From an uncultured Bacillota bacterium (lineage in GTDB: Bacteria; Sysuimicrobiota; Sysuimicrobiia; Sysuimicrobiales; Segetimicrobiaceae): DNA of 64,000 bases. The notes under the pieces are model-generated. The model saw only the letters and a program-made list of their open reading frames with translations. It made no database searches and was not told where the DNA came from. The DNA is taken from NCBI GenBank assembly GCA_963804645.1, contig CAWDRG010000005.1, positions 128,001-192,000 on the forward strand. Reading direction: 5' to 3'. Positions 30,123 through 40,360 of this stretch are shown here, piece by piece. A program made the position numbers and the translations under genes. The stretch's first letter is position 1, and each line of letters opens with the position of its first letter.

Positions 30123-31880
30123 ATGACCGAACTGCGGCGGCTGGCGCAATTCGTCCGGCCGTACGGCGTGCAGTTGGGCGGGGGCATCGGCGCCGCGGTC
30201 CTGGTGGCCGTGGCGTGGCTGTACGTTCCCCGCTATCTCGGCGAGCAGGCCGACGTGATCATCAAGACGGGCAGCCTGGGGGTTCTGAACCACAGCGCGC
30301 TCGTCGTGCTGATCATTTACGTCGTGCGCAGCGTGGGCCTGTACATCCAGCTGTCCCTGCTCGCGTACGTCGGCCACCGGCTGGTCGCGGACCTCCGTGC
30401 GCGGATGTTCGCCCAGGTGCAGCGGTGGTCGCTCGACCGGTTCGTCACATGGCACAGCGGCGAGGTCATCTCGCGCGCGATCCAGGACACGCAGCTCATC
30501 GAAGCGCGCCTCCTCAGCGGCCTCGTCGATCTCGTCACGACCGTGCTGACGCTCGTCGGCATCATCATCATGGTGTTCACGATCGAATGGCGCCTGGCCC
30601 TGTTGATCTTTGTGACGCTGCCGCTGTTCTTCGGCGCCGCGCGTCTGTTTGGACGCGAGGTGCAGCGGACCTCGACCAGCGCCCAGCAGCAGGTCGCCGC
30701 GCTAACACGCCTCCTGAAGGAATCGATCGTCGGCGCGCGGATCATCCGGGCGTTTGTGCAGGAGCCGCGCGAAGAGCACCGCTTCTGGGTGGAGAACGAG
30801 CGCACGTTTTCGGCCAACTACACGATTCGCCGCCTGATCGCGCTTGAAGTATCGCTCGTGAGCCTCTTGACCGCGCTCGCGCTCGTGTTCGTGCTCTGGG
30901 CCGGCGCGCAGTACGTCGCGCGGCACCAGATGACCCCGGGCTCGCTACTGGCGTTCCTCGGCTACCTCGCGCTGGCGATGGATCCGGCGATGGGCGTCAC
31001 CCGGATCTACTCGGAGGCCCGTCAGGCGATGGCCGGGCTCGTGCGCGTCTTCGAAGTGCTGGACGTGCCCGAGACCGTCCACGAGGCGCCGGGTGCCGTC
31101 GCGCTGCCCCACCTGCGCGGCCACGTGCGGTTTCGCGATGTGTCGCTGGCCTACGAGCCGGGACGGTGGGCGCTGCGCGACGTGTCGCTCGAGGTCCGCC
31201 CGGGCGAGCACATCGCGATCGTGGGCCCGAGCGGCGCCGGCAAGACGAGCCTCGTCAACCTGATCCCGCGGTTCTACGACGCGACGGAGGGCACGGTCGA
31301 GATCGACGGCCACGACCTCCGGGGCGTCACGATCGCGTCGCTGCGCCGGCAGATCGGCCTCGTCCCCCAGGACGCGATCCTGTTCGCGGGAACCGTCGCG
31401 GAAAACATCGCCTACGGACGGCCGAACGCGCCGCGGGCGGAGATCGAAGCGGCGGCGCGCGTCGCCAGCGCGCACGTGTTCATCTCGGCGCTGCCGTCCG
31501 GCTACGACACCGTGCTCGGCGAGGGCGGCCTGCAGCTGTCCGGCGGCCAGCGGCAGCGCCTCGCCCTGGCGCGCGCGGTCATCAACGACCCCCCGGTGTA
31601 CATCCTGGATGAGGCGACGTCCGCGCTCGACAGCGAGTCAGAGGAGGCCATTCAGGAGGCGATGGCGCGCCTCACCGAGGACCGGACGACGTTCATCGTG
31701 GCCCACCGGCTGTCCACGGTCCGCAACGCCGACCGGATCGTCGTGATCATGGACGGCCGCATCGTCGAGGTCGGCCGCCACGACGAGCTGGCGGCCCGCG
31801 ACGGCATGTACAGCCGGCTCGTGCGCGGCCAGCTCATCGACGAAGCCGGCCGGGCGCCGAGCCCGGCCCCCACGGCATGA
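30123..31880 (+). CDS. ABC exporter, fused permease/ATPase (MsbA-like)
   Basis: Six-TM N-terminal domain; GPSGAGKTS, LSGGQRQR, ILDEATSALD, AHRLST; LPS-type gene context. Confidence 0.9.
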   Translation: MTELRRLAQFVRPYGVQLGGGIGAAVLVAVAWLYVPRYLGEQADVIIKTGSLGVLNHSALVVLIIYVVRSVGLYIQLSLLAYVGHRLVADLRARMFAQVQRWSLDRFVTWHSGEVISRAIQDTQLIEARLLSGLVDLVTTVLTLVGIIIMVFTIEWRLALLIFVTLPLFFGAARLFGREVQRTSTSAQQQVAALTRLLKESIVGARIIRAFVQEPREEHRFWVENERTFSANYTIRRLIALEVSLVSLLTALALVFVLWAGAQYVARHQMTPGSLLAFLGYLALAMDPAMGVTRIYSEARQAMAGLVRVFEVLDVPETVHEAPGAVALPHLRGHVRFRDVSLAYEPGRWALRDVSLEVRPGEHIAIVGPSGAGKTSLVNLIPRFYDATEGTVEIDGHDLRGVTIASLRRQIGLVPQDAILFAGTVAENIAYGRPNAPRAEIEAAARVASAHVFISALPSGYDTVLGEGGLQLSGGQRQRLALARAVINDPPVYILDEATSALDSESEEAIQEAMARLTEDRTTFIVAHRLSTVRNADRIVVIMDGRIVEVGRHDELAARDGMYSRLVRGQLIDEAGRAPSPAPTA

Positions 31881-32809
31881 CCGTCGCGCTGAGCGTGATC
31901 ACCGCCACCCGCAACCGGGCGCCGGTGCTCGCGCGGTGCCTGGACGCGCTGCTCGCACAGGATCTCGACGCGGATCGGTACGAGGTCCTCATCGCGGACG
32001 ACGCCTCGACCGACGAGACGCCGGAGGTGATCGAGCAGGCCCGCCGGCGGGCGCGGTGCACGATTCGCACGACGCGGATGCCCCACCGCGCCGGGGTGCC
32101 GGCAACGAGAAACGCCGCGATCCAGCAGGCTGAGGGCGAGGTCATCGTCTTCGTCGACGACGACTCGCTCGCGCCCCCGCAGTTTCTCGCCGCGCACCTC
32201 GCCGCACACACGGCCCATCCCGAGGGGATCGTCGGCCGCGGGCCGGTGATCGTCGTCCAGGACCTGGACCGGCCGTTCGACGCCCGCGGCAACGTCCTGG
32301 ACATCTCGACCGCATACTTCGACACGGACAACGGCTCGGTGCGCCTGCGGGACCTGCTCGAGGCGGGCCTGTTCGACGAGGCGTTTTTCCCGTACGGGTG
32401 GGAGGGTCTCGATCTCGGAATTCGGCTGCGGCGGCTCGGCCTCAAGCGCGTGTTCTGCAAGAGCGCCGCGCTCTACCATTACCGCCCGGAGATCTCCCCC
32501 GGCGCCCTCGGAGGAATGCTGATCAAGGAAGAAGAACGGGCGCGCACCGCCAGGATCTTCTTCGCCAAGCATCCGACGCTCGAATCGCGATTTGCCGTGC
32601 AATTGACCCCGCTCCACCTGCTGCTCAACACGCTCCAGCGCGGGTTCGGGCTCGTCACGGCCGCCAACGTCGAAGCGCTGGTCCAGCGGACGCAGCGTTG
32701 GGGCATCCCGGGCGTCGGCCGCGTGCTGCTCTCGGGCGTGCTGAACGAGCGGTACCTCGCGCAGCTGAGAGCCGTGCCGGACCGCCCGGAACGCGCCCCG
32801 AACGGGTGA
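31877..32809 (+). CDS. Glycosyltransferase family 2
   Basis: SVITATRNR, DDASTD, FVDDD, FDEAFFPYGWEGLDLG. Confidence 0.88.
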   Translation: MTVALSVITATRNRAPVLARCLDALLAQDLDADRYEVLIADDASTDETPEVIEQARRRARCTIRTTRMPHRAGVPATRNAAIQQAEGEVIVFVDDDSLAPPQFLAAHLAAHTAHPEGIVGRGPVIVVQDLDRPFDARGNVLDISTAYFDTDNGSVRLRDLLEAGLFDEAFFPYGWEGLDLGIRLRRLGLKRVFCKSAALYHYRPEISPGALGGMLIKEEERARTARIFFAKHPTLESRFAVQLTPLHLLLNTLQRGFGLVTAANVEALVQRTQRWGIPGVGRVLLSGVLNERYLAQLRAVPDRPERAPNG

Positions 32810-33816
32810 CGCGCGTGGAGATCAGCGTCGTCATCCCGACGTTCAACAGCCGGGACGTCCTGCGCCGGACGATCGACGCGCTCGCCCGGCAGACGCTGCC
32901 GCCGGGCGCCTATGAGGTCGTCGTCGCGGACGACGGCTCCACCGACGGGACCGCGGAGATGGTCGCCGACGCCGCGCGCGGCGCGATCGAGATCCGCTAC
33001 GTCGCCCAGCCCAACCGTGGGCGCTCCGCCGCGCGCAACTTGGGGGTACGCGCCGCCCGGGGACGCATCGTGCTGTTCATCGACGCCGACATTTGGGCGG
33101 CCCCATCGCTCCTCGAGGCGCATCTCGGACACTACGCTCCGGACGCGGGGCGGCTCGGCGTGCAGGGGCGCAGCCTCACGCACCCCGACGCCCGCGTGAC
33201 CCCGTTCATGCGGGCGCGCGAGATCACCCCCGACCTGTCCGTGCGCCGGCGGCACGACCTGTCGCCGGTGCACATCATCACGCGCAACTTTTCCGTGCTG
33301 CGCTCTGAGTTCGAGGCGGTCGGCGGGTTCGACGAAGGGTTCACCGGCTACGGGTGGGAGGATATCGAGCTCGCGATGCGGCTGCACGCACGGGGCGTGA
33401 CGTTCGACTACGATCCCGAGGCGCTCGGCTATCATTACCATGTCGAGACGCTCGAGGGCATCCGGCAGAAGCTGCGCCAAGCCGGGGCGGGGGCCGTCTA
33501 CTTCTGGCGCAAGTACAACCGGTCGCGTCAGCTCGGGTTCTTTCTCGAGATCGCTCCGGCCGCGCTGCCCATCAAATGGCTCGTGTTCCGGACCCCGCTC
33601 GCGATGCCCCTGTTTCGCTGGCTCCTGCCGCGCGCCGAGCGCCGCGAGTGGCTGCTACTGGCGAACGAATGCTATACCGAGTTGATCTGGGAAGCCTACT
33701 ACGAGGGCGTGTTCGAGGCGCGGCGGCAGCCGTGGCCCCCGCGCGAGGCCGCGGCGCCGGCGGCGCGCGTCGGCACGCCGGTCGCCCCGCGCGGCCCCGG
33801 TCCCCATGGAGATTAG
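32806..33816 (+). CDS. Glycosyltransferase family 2
   Basis: ISVVIPTFN, DDGSTD, FIDAD, FDEGFTGYGWEDIEL; GTG overlaps the upstream TGA. Confidence 0.9.
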   Translation: MTRVEISVVIPTFNSRDVLRRTIDALARQTLPPGAYEVVVADDGSTDGTAEMVADAARGAIEIRYVAQPNRGRSAARNLGVRAARGRIVLFIDADIWAAPSLLEAHLGHYAPDAGRLGVQGRSLTHPDARVTPFMRAREITPDLSVRRRHDLSPVHIITRNFSVLRSEFEAVGGFDEGFTGYGWEDIELAMRLHARGVTFDYDPEALGYHYHVETLEGIRQKLRQAGAGAVYFWRKYNRSRQLGFFLEIAPAALPIKWLVFRTPLAMPLFRWLLPRAERREWLLLANECYTELIWEAYYEGVFEARRQPWPPREAAAPAARVGTPVAPRGPGPHGD

Positions 33817-34786
33817 CGTCGTCGTCCTGGCCTACAACAACCGCGAGGTCCTGCGCACCGCGCTCGCGCGCCTGGCCGCGCAGGACTTTCCCCGCGACGC
33901 ATACGAGGTGATCGTCTCCGACGACGGGTCGACGGACGGCACGGCCGAGATGCTCCGCGCGCTCGAGTTTCCGGCAACGCTGCGGCACGTGGTCGGCCCC
34001 CACGCCGGCATCTCCGCGGTGCGCAACCGTGGGGCGCGGGCGGCGCGCGGCCGGGCGGTGCTGTTCATGGACTCCGACTTCTGGGCCGAGCCGGGGCTCA
34101 TCGCGGCGCACCACCGCCACTACCCGCCCGGCGCCGCGAAGGTCGCCGTGCAGGGCGCGACGCCGATTCACCGGGACAGCCTCACGACGCCGTTCATGCG
34201 GGTGAAAGAGGTGAGCCCGGACCTCACGGTCCGAAGCCGCCACCGGATGTCGCCGTACCACACGATCTTCCGCAATGCGTCGGTGCTCAAGACGGACCTA
34301 GAGGCGGCCGGGGGGTTCGACGAAGCGTTTCCCGGCTACGGCTACGAGGATCTGGACCTGGCGCTGCGGATGTCGGCGGCGGGCGTCGCGTTCGAGTACG
34401 AACCCGACGCGGTCGGCTTCCACTACCACGTGGAGGATCTCGTCGGCGTCCAGCGGAAGATGCACGACGCCGGGAGGTCCGCCTGGTATCTTTGGAACAA
34501 GCACGGGCGGGATCGCCAGCTCGGCCTCTTCCTCGAGATTCTTCCGTGGATGCTGCCGGTAAAGCGCCTCGTGTACGGCACGCCGCTGGTGATGCCGCTC
34601 CTGCGCGGGCTGGTCCCGATCGGCGAGCGCCGCGGCTGGCTGCTGCTCCTGAACGAATGCTACAAGAATCTGCTGCAGGAAGCGTACTACGGCGGGGTAT
34701 TCGAGGCCCAGCGGTCACCCGCCGCGAGGTCGCGCGAGCGCGCCCCCACCGCGCTGGGGGGAGGACCCGATCATGGCGGCACGTGA
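33806..34786 (+). CDS. Glycosyltransferase family 2 (close paralogue of the preceding gene)
   Basis: ISVVVLAYN, DDGSTD, FMDSD, FDEAFPGYGYEDLDL; shares TPFMR, PDLxVR, LGxFLEI and LLLxNECY with 32806-33816. Confidence 0.9.
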   Translation: MEISVVVLAYNNREVLRTALARLAAQDFPRDAYEVIVSDDGSTDGTAEMLRALEFPATLRHVVGPHAGISAVRNRGARAARGRAVLFMDSDFWAEPGLIAAHHRHYPPGAAKVAVQGATPIHRDSLTTPFMRVKEVSPDLTVRSRHRMSPYHTIFRNASVLKTDLEAAGGFDEAFPGYGYEDLDLALRMSAAGVAFEYEPDAVGFHYHVEDLVGVQRKMHDAGRSAWYLWNKHGRDRQLGLFLEILPWMLPVKRLVYGTPLVMPLLRGLVPIGERRGWLLLLNECYKNLLQEAYYGGVFEAQRSPAARSRERAPTALGGGPDHGGT

Positions 34787-35774
34787 CTCGACCGTAGAGA
34801 TCTCCGTCATCGTCCCCGTGTACAACGAGGCGGAGAGCCTGGACGCGATGTACGAAGAAGTCGCGACGGTCCTGGACCGGCTCGGCCGGCCCTGGGAGAT
34901 CGTCTGCGTCGACGACGGCAGCACCGACGACAGCTTCCGGGTGCTGGAGCGGCTCGTCGACCGGGATGCCCGCGTCGTCGCGGTGCAGCTGCGGCGCAAC
35001 TTCGGCCAGACCGCGGCGATCGCGGCCGGCGTGCACCAGGCGCGCGGCGAGATCATCGTGCCGATGGACGCGGATCTCCAGAACGACCCCGCGGACATCC
35101 CGCGGCTGCTCGCCAAGATCGACGAGGGCTACGACGTCGCGAGCGGGTGGCGGCGCGACCGCGCCGATCCGTTCCTGAGCCGGCGCCTCCCGTCGATCGT
35201 CGCGAACTACACGATCTCGGCCGTCCTCGGGCTCAAGCTCCACGATTACGGCTGCACGCTCAAGGCCTACCGGCGAGAGGTCCTGGACCACGTCCATCTC
35301 TACGGCGAGATGCACCGGCTGATCCCGGCGTATGCGGCGTCGATCGGGGCCCGGATCACCGAGGTGCCGATCAACCACCGGCCGCGGCGCTTCGGCCGAT
35401 CGAAGTACGGCATCGTCCGCACGCTGAAGGTCCTCCTCGACCTGATGACCGTCCGGTTCCTCAGCGGATACCTCACCAAGCCGATCTATGTCTTCGGCGG
35501 GGCCGGATTCGCGGTCGCCGGGGTCGGGATCGTCGTCACCGCGGTCGTCATCGTTCAGAAGCTCGCGTATGGCGTGTGGGTCCACCTGAACCCGCTCGCG
35601 TGGATTGCGGGCTTCTGCTTCCTCTCGGCGCTCCAGCTCATCCTGATGGGCCTCCTGGCCGAGTTGATCGTCCGAACCTACCACGAATCGCAGGCGAAGC
35701 CGATCTACGTGGTACGGCTCGTGTACCACCACGAGGATGCGGGCCGTGTGCGGGATCTCGGGGTTCACCGGTAG
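34773..35774 (+). CDS. Polyprenol-phosphate glycosyltransferase (ArnC/GtrB/DPM-like GT2)
   Basis: VPVYNEAE, LRRNFGQTAA, MDADLQNDP, HDYGCTLKAYRR, two C-terminal TMs. Confidence 0.9.
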   Translation: MAARDSTVEISVIVPVYNEAESLDAMYEEVATVLDRLGRPWEIVCVDDGSTDDSFRVLERLVDRDARVVAVQLRRNFGQTAAIAAGVHQARGEIIVPMDADLQNDPADIPRLLAKIDEGYDVASGWRRDRADPFLSRRLPSIVANYTISAVLGLKLHDYGCTLKAYRREVLDHVHLYGEMHRLIPAYAASIGARITEVPINHRPRRFGRSKYGIVRTLKVLLDLMTVRFLSGYLTKPIYVFGGAGFAVAGVGIVVTAVVIVQKLAYGVWVHLNPLAWIAGFCFLSALQLILMGLLAELIVRTYHESQAKPIYVVRLVYHHEDAGRVRDLGVHR

Positions 35775-37641
35775 CCTCCCCGGAATCGGGCGCGCGGAGG
35801 CGGTCATCCGCGCGATGTGCGACGCGATCCGCCACCGCGGCCCCGACGACGACGGGTACTACGTCGGCGAGGGCGCGGTCCTCGGCGCGCGCCGCCTGAG
35901 CATCATCGACGTCGCCGGCGGGCACCAGCCGATCGGCAATGAGGACGGGACGGCCTGGGTCGCCTTCAACGGCGAGATCTACAACTTCCTCGCGCTCCGC
36001 GACCGTCTGGAGCGGGCCGGCCACCGCTTCCGCACCCGGTCCGACACGGAAGTGCTCGTCCATCTGTACGAGGAGCGCGGCCCGGACCTGGTCTCGGAGC
36101 TCGACGGCATGTTCGCGTTCGCGATCTGGGACAGCCCGCGCCGCCGCCTCGTGCTCGCCCGGGACCGCATGGGCAAGAAGCCGCTCCACTACGCGCTCGT
36201 CGGCGGCGGCCTCGTGTTCGCGTCCGAGCTGAAGGCCCTGCTCCGCCATCCGGCGGTGCCGCGCGCGCTCTCGCTCCCGGCCCTCGCGCGCTATCTCGCG
36301 TTCGACTACGTGCCGGCGCCCCACACCATCTTCACGGGCCTCGCGAAACTCCCGCCCGGCCACGTGCTCGTCTACGAGGACGGCCGCGCGCGCCTCACCC
36401 AGTACTGGGACCTGCCGGCGCCCGACGACGACGGCGCCGACGTCGCCGAGGCGGCGGAGCGGCTCGCGCACCTGCTGGACCAGGCGACGCAGCGCCGCCT
36501 CATCAGCGACGTGCCGCTCGGCGCCTTCCTCAGCGGCGGGATCGACTCGTCGGCCGTCACGGCGCTGATGGCGAGGCACCTCTCGACGCCCGTCAAGACC
36601 TTCAGCATCGGCTTCGACGAGCCGTCGTTCGATGAGTCGCCGTACGCGCGCGAGGTGGCGGCGTGCCTCGGCACCGACCACCACGAGGAGATCCTGGCGC
36701 CGAGCGTCATGCTGGGCCTCGTGGAGCGGCTCGGGGAGATCCTCGACGAGCCGCTCGCGGACGCGTCGATCCTCCCGACCTTCCTGCTGTCCCAGTACAC
36801 GCGCCGCCACGTGACCGTGGCGCTCTCGGGCGACGGCGGCGACGAGCTGTTCGCGGGCTACCCCACCTACCAGGCGCACCAGGTCGCGCGGCGGCTCGAC
36901 TGGACGCCGCGCCCGGTGCTGTCCGGCGCGCGGGCGCTGGCGGCCCGTCTCCCCGTCTCCTACGGCGACCTCAGCCTGGATTTCAAGATCCGCCGGTTCC
37001 TCTCCGGGCTCGGCCGGCCCCTTCCGATGCGGCACACGGCGTGGATGGGCACGTTTGGGGTCGACGAGCTCCCCTCGCTGCTCCAGCCGGACGTGTGGCG
37101 CGCGATCGAGGCGGACGACGTCTTCGCGGAGGTGCGCGCCTACGCGACCGCGGCGGCGGACCGCGGGTGGCTCGGCACGTTGCTGTACCTCGACGCCAAA
37201 CTCTACCTCCAGGACGGCGTGCTGGTGAAGGTCGACCGCGCCAGCATGGCGTGCTCGCTCGAGGTGCGGTCCCCGTTCCTCGACACGGCCGTCGTCGAGT
37301 TCGCGAGCCGCTTGCCCGCCCGTCAGAAGCTGCGGGGCCTGACGACGAAGTTTCTGTTGAAGCGGAGCCTTCGAGGCGTCCTGCCGGAGCGGATTCTCAA
37401 CCGGCGCAAGAAGGGGTTCGGGATCCCGGTCGGGCTGTGGATCCGGGGGCCGTGGCGCGACCTCTTCCACGATATGCTGGCGCCCGACCGCCTGGCCCGC
37501 CAGGGACTGCTCAACCCCGACGCGGTCACGCGGCTGCTCGCGGAGCATCTCGGGGGCACGCACGACCACCGCAAGAAGCTGTGGAACCTCTTCGTCCTGC
37601 AGCTCTGGCACCGCGCGTACCTCGAGGCGCCCGCGGCGTAA
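35746..37641 (+). CDS. asnB: Asparagine synthase (glutamine-hydrolysing) family amidotransferase
   Basis: GTG-Cys start (MCGISG), HRGPD, FNGEIYN, LSGGIDSS, SGDGGDELFAGY, KVDRASM. The context suggests a polysaccharide amidotransferase (WbpS-like). Confidence 0.92.
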   Translation: MCGISGFTGSLPGIGRAEAVIRAMCDAIRHRGPDDDGYYVGEGAVLGARRLSIIDVAGGHQPIGNEDGTAWVAFNGEIYNFLALRDRLERAGHRFRTRSDTEVLVHLYEERGPDLVSELDGMFAFAIWDSPRRRLVLARDRMGKKPLHYALVGGGLVFASELKALLRHPAVPRALSLPALARYLAFDYVPAPHTIFTGLAKLPPGHVLVYEDGRARLTQYWDLPAPDDDGADVAEAAERLAHLLDQATQRRLISDVPLGAFLSGGIDSSAVTALMARHLSTPVKTFSIGFDEPSFDESPYAREVAACLGTDHHEEILAPSVMLGLVERLGEILDEPLADASILPTFLLSQYTRRHVTVALSGDGGDELFAGYPTYQAHQVARRLDWTPRPVLSGARALAARLPVSYGDLSLDFKIRRFLSGLGRPLPMRHTAWMGTFGVDELPSLLQPDVWRAIEADDVFAEVRAYATAAADRGWLGTLLYLDAKLYLQDGVLVKVDRASMACSLEVRSPFLDTAVVEFASRLPARQKLRGLTTKFLLKRSLRGVLPERILNRRKKGFGIPVGLWIRGPWRDLFHDMLAPDRLARQGLLNPDAVTRLLAEHLGGTHDHRKKLWNLFVLQLWHRAYLEAPAA

Positions 37642-37663
37642 CCCGCCTCCGTGCGGTCGCGAT

Positions 37664-38647
37664 CTACGTCGTGCGGGCCGGGTCCCCGCCCGGGGCGATC
37701 GAGTCGCGCGACGCCCGGAACCATTCGACGAACTTCGCCACCCCGGCCGCGAGGTCGGTGGACGGCGCGTAGCCGAGATCCCGGCCCGCGAGCGTGACGT
37801 CGGCGTGCGTCACCGGGACGTCCCCCGGCTGGTCGGGCTGCCGCGAGATCACGGCCGGTTTGCCGACCGCGCGCTCAAGCAGGGCGATCAGATCGCGCAG
37901 CATGACGGTGTCGTGCGTCCCGAGGTTGTAGATCCGGAATCCCCCCGGGCGCTCGATCGCCCGCACGATCCCGTCGACGATATCATCGATGTACGTGAAA
38001 TCCCTGCGCGCGGTCCCGTCCCCGTACATCGGCACCGGCTGCCCCGCGTCGATCAGCCGCACGAAGCGATGGATCGCCATGTCCGGACGCTGCCGCGGCC
38101 CGTACACGGTAAAGAACCGGAGGCACGTGACCGGCGTCCCATAGAGATGTTCGTAGGCGCGGCAAAAGTACTCCCCTGCGAGCTTCGTGACCCCGTACGG
38201 CGACGCGGGGAGCAGCCGGCTCCGCTCCTCGTTGAACGGGACGTCGGGCGACACCCCGTAGACCGAGGACGACGACCCAAACACGAGGTGCGCGGTCCGG
38301 TGGCGGCGGCACGCCTCGAGCAGCGTGATCGTGCCCTGCACGTTGGTGTGCTCGTACGCGGCAGGGTCCGCGAGCGAGGGGCGCACGCCCGCCCGGGCCG
38401 CCAGGTGGACCACGGCATCCGCCCGGTCCGCCAGCAGCCGGTCCAGCAGCGCGCCGTCGCCGATATCGCCTTCCACCAGGCGGAAGCGCGGCGAGCGTAG
38501 CGCCGCGGCGAGGTTCTGACGCTTGATCCCGACGTCATAATACGCGTCGAAGTTGTCGAGGCACGTGATCTCGTGACCGAGCGCGAGCAGGCGCTCGCTC
38601 AATGACGATCCGATGAATCCAGCGCCGCCGGTAACGAGGATCTTCAT
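37664..38647 (-). CDS. NAD-dependent epimerase (UDP-glucuronate 4-epimerase-like)
   Basis: MKILVTGGAGFIGS, HLAARAGVRPS, YGVTK, RFFTVYGPRQRPDMAI. Alternative GTG start at 38683. Confidence 0.9.
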   Translation of the reverse strand: MKILVTGGAGFIGSSLSERLLALGHEITCLDNFDAYYDVGIKRQNLAAALRSPRFRLVEGDIGDGALLDRLLADRADAVVHLAARAGVRPSLADPAAYEHTNVQGTITLLEACRRHRTAHLVFGSSSSVYGVSPDVPFNEERSRLLPASPYGVTKLAGEYFCRAYEHLYGTPVTCLRFFTVYGPRQRPDMAIHRFVRLIDAGQPVPMYGDGTARRDFTYIDDIVDGIVRAIERPGGFRIYNLGTHDTVMLRDLIALLERAVGKPAVISRQPDQPGDVPVTHADVTLAGRDLGYAPSTDLAAGVAKFVEWFRASRDSIAPGGDPARTT

Positions 38648-38706
38648 CACCGAGCCATCTCCCGTGTCCGCCGTGTTCGGCACATCCACATTATCGCGCA
38701 TCCGAT

Positions 38707-40360
38707 CTACGGGGCGCACCGGGCCCCCGCCGCCTTGACGAGGACCAGCACACCCCCCCGCGCGTCGAAGCGGGAGAGGACCGCGGGCAGCGGGGCCCGA
38801 GCCAGCTCGTCTTGGCTGCCCACGACGAAGACCCGCCCGGGCGCGCACACCGCCGCGCGCAGGACGGCGGGATCGTCGATCCAGTCCACGTGATGGTCCG
38901 TGTAGTAGATGAGCGACGAGTAGATGTCGAACCGGTAGCCGATGATGCGGTCTCCGGGGCCGAGGGCGGCGCGAATCTCGAGCGCGAGCGGCTTCATCGG
39001 TTTCTCCGCCTCGACCACGGGCATCGCCCACGTCAGCACGCTCAGCCACGTCACGGCCATCGTCGCGCAGAGCGCCACCAGCGCCGCGAGCCGGCCGCCG
39101 GCTGCGGTAAGCGCGAGCACGACGGCGACGCCGATCGCAAGCACCGCGGCCGGGACCGCGAGCACGTGCCCGTACGTATGAAAGCGGTCCGGATAGAGAT
39201 GGGCGAGATACCCGCCGACCGCCCAGAACAGCGCGGCGAGCAGCACCACGAGCAGCCCGAGCGAGACCCAAAGCCCCCACCCGGCCCGCTTCGCGCCGAG
39301 CGCCGCATCCCACCACGCCGCGACGCCGACCGCCGCCAGCGGGTAGATCGGCAGCACATAGTTCGGCAGCTTCGTCCCCGCCGCGGAGTAGAAGACGAAG
39401 GTCAGGACGCACCACAGCGCGACGAACAGGCTGCCGTCGTCGCGCAGCCGGCCACCGTGGAAGATCGCCGCCGCCGGCCAGAACGCGGTCCACGGGAACG
39501 CCCCGATGGCCAGAATCGGCATGTAGTAGTACCAGGGACCGGCCTGGTCTTCGACCACGCCGAAGAACCGGCCCACGCCATAGTAGCCGAACACGGTCGA
39601 TGCGAACACGCCCTCCGTGCAGCCACGTCTCGAGCGCGTACCACGTCAGGCCGACGACCGCGTACAGCGCGATCCCGGCGAGCCAGGGGACTTCCCGCGC
39701 GCGGTGCCACGCTCCGCGGACGGTCACGAACACCGCCCCCACGAGCCCGGGGAGAATCAGCCCGATCGGCCCTTTGGTCAGGGTGGCGAGCCCGCAGTAC
39801 AGGAAGAACCAGAGATAGTCCGCCCGCCGGCCCGTCCGGTACGCGCGGAGAAACGCGTGCGCGGCCAGCAGCATCCACGCGAGCAGCACCGTATCAAACA
39901 CCGCGAGCCGCGACTGGATGAGGAAGTGAAACGTGACCGCCAGAATCGCCCCGGCGAGCAGCCCCACCCGCGCGCCGAACAGCGCGCGGCCGATCAGGAC
40001 CGTCGCGTAGACGGCCACCACGCTGAACACGCCCGACCAGAACCGGACCGTGAACTCGCCGAACCCCACGGCGCCCGCCGTGAGCGCGGTCAGCCAGATG
40101 TACAGCGGGGGGTGCACGTACCACGGCGAGCCGTTGACGTGGAGCGTGATCCAGTCGCCCCGCTCCAGGATCTCCCGGGCGACCTGCGCGTACTTCGTCT
40201 CATCCTGATCCCACAGCGAGCCCGCGCCGAGCCGGTAGAATGTCAGGACGGTGACCCCGGTGAGCAGCGCGGCGGTCCACAGCCGCTCGTGCACCAGGCC
40301 CGCCCGATCGGCGGCTCCCGGCGGGGTCGCCGCGCCGGGTCCGGACCGGCCGGCCGTCAC
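38707..40360 (-). CDS. ArnT/GT83-like lipid-carrier-dependent glycosyltransferase, apparent +1 frameshift at ~39612
   Basis: LWDQDETKYAQVAREI...GDWITL...HPPL, TKGPIG, then GPWYYY and TKLPNYVLP in the second frame. Confidence 0.85.
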
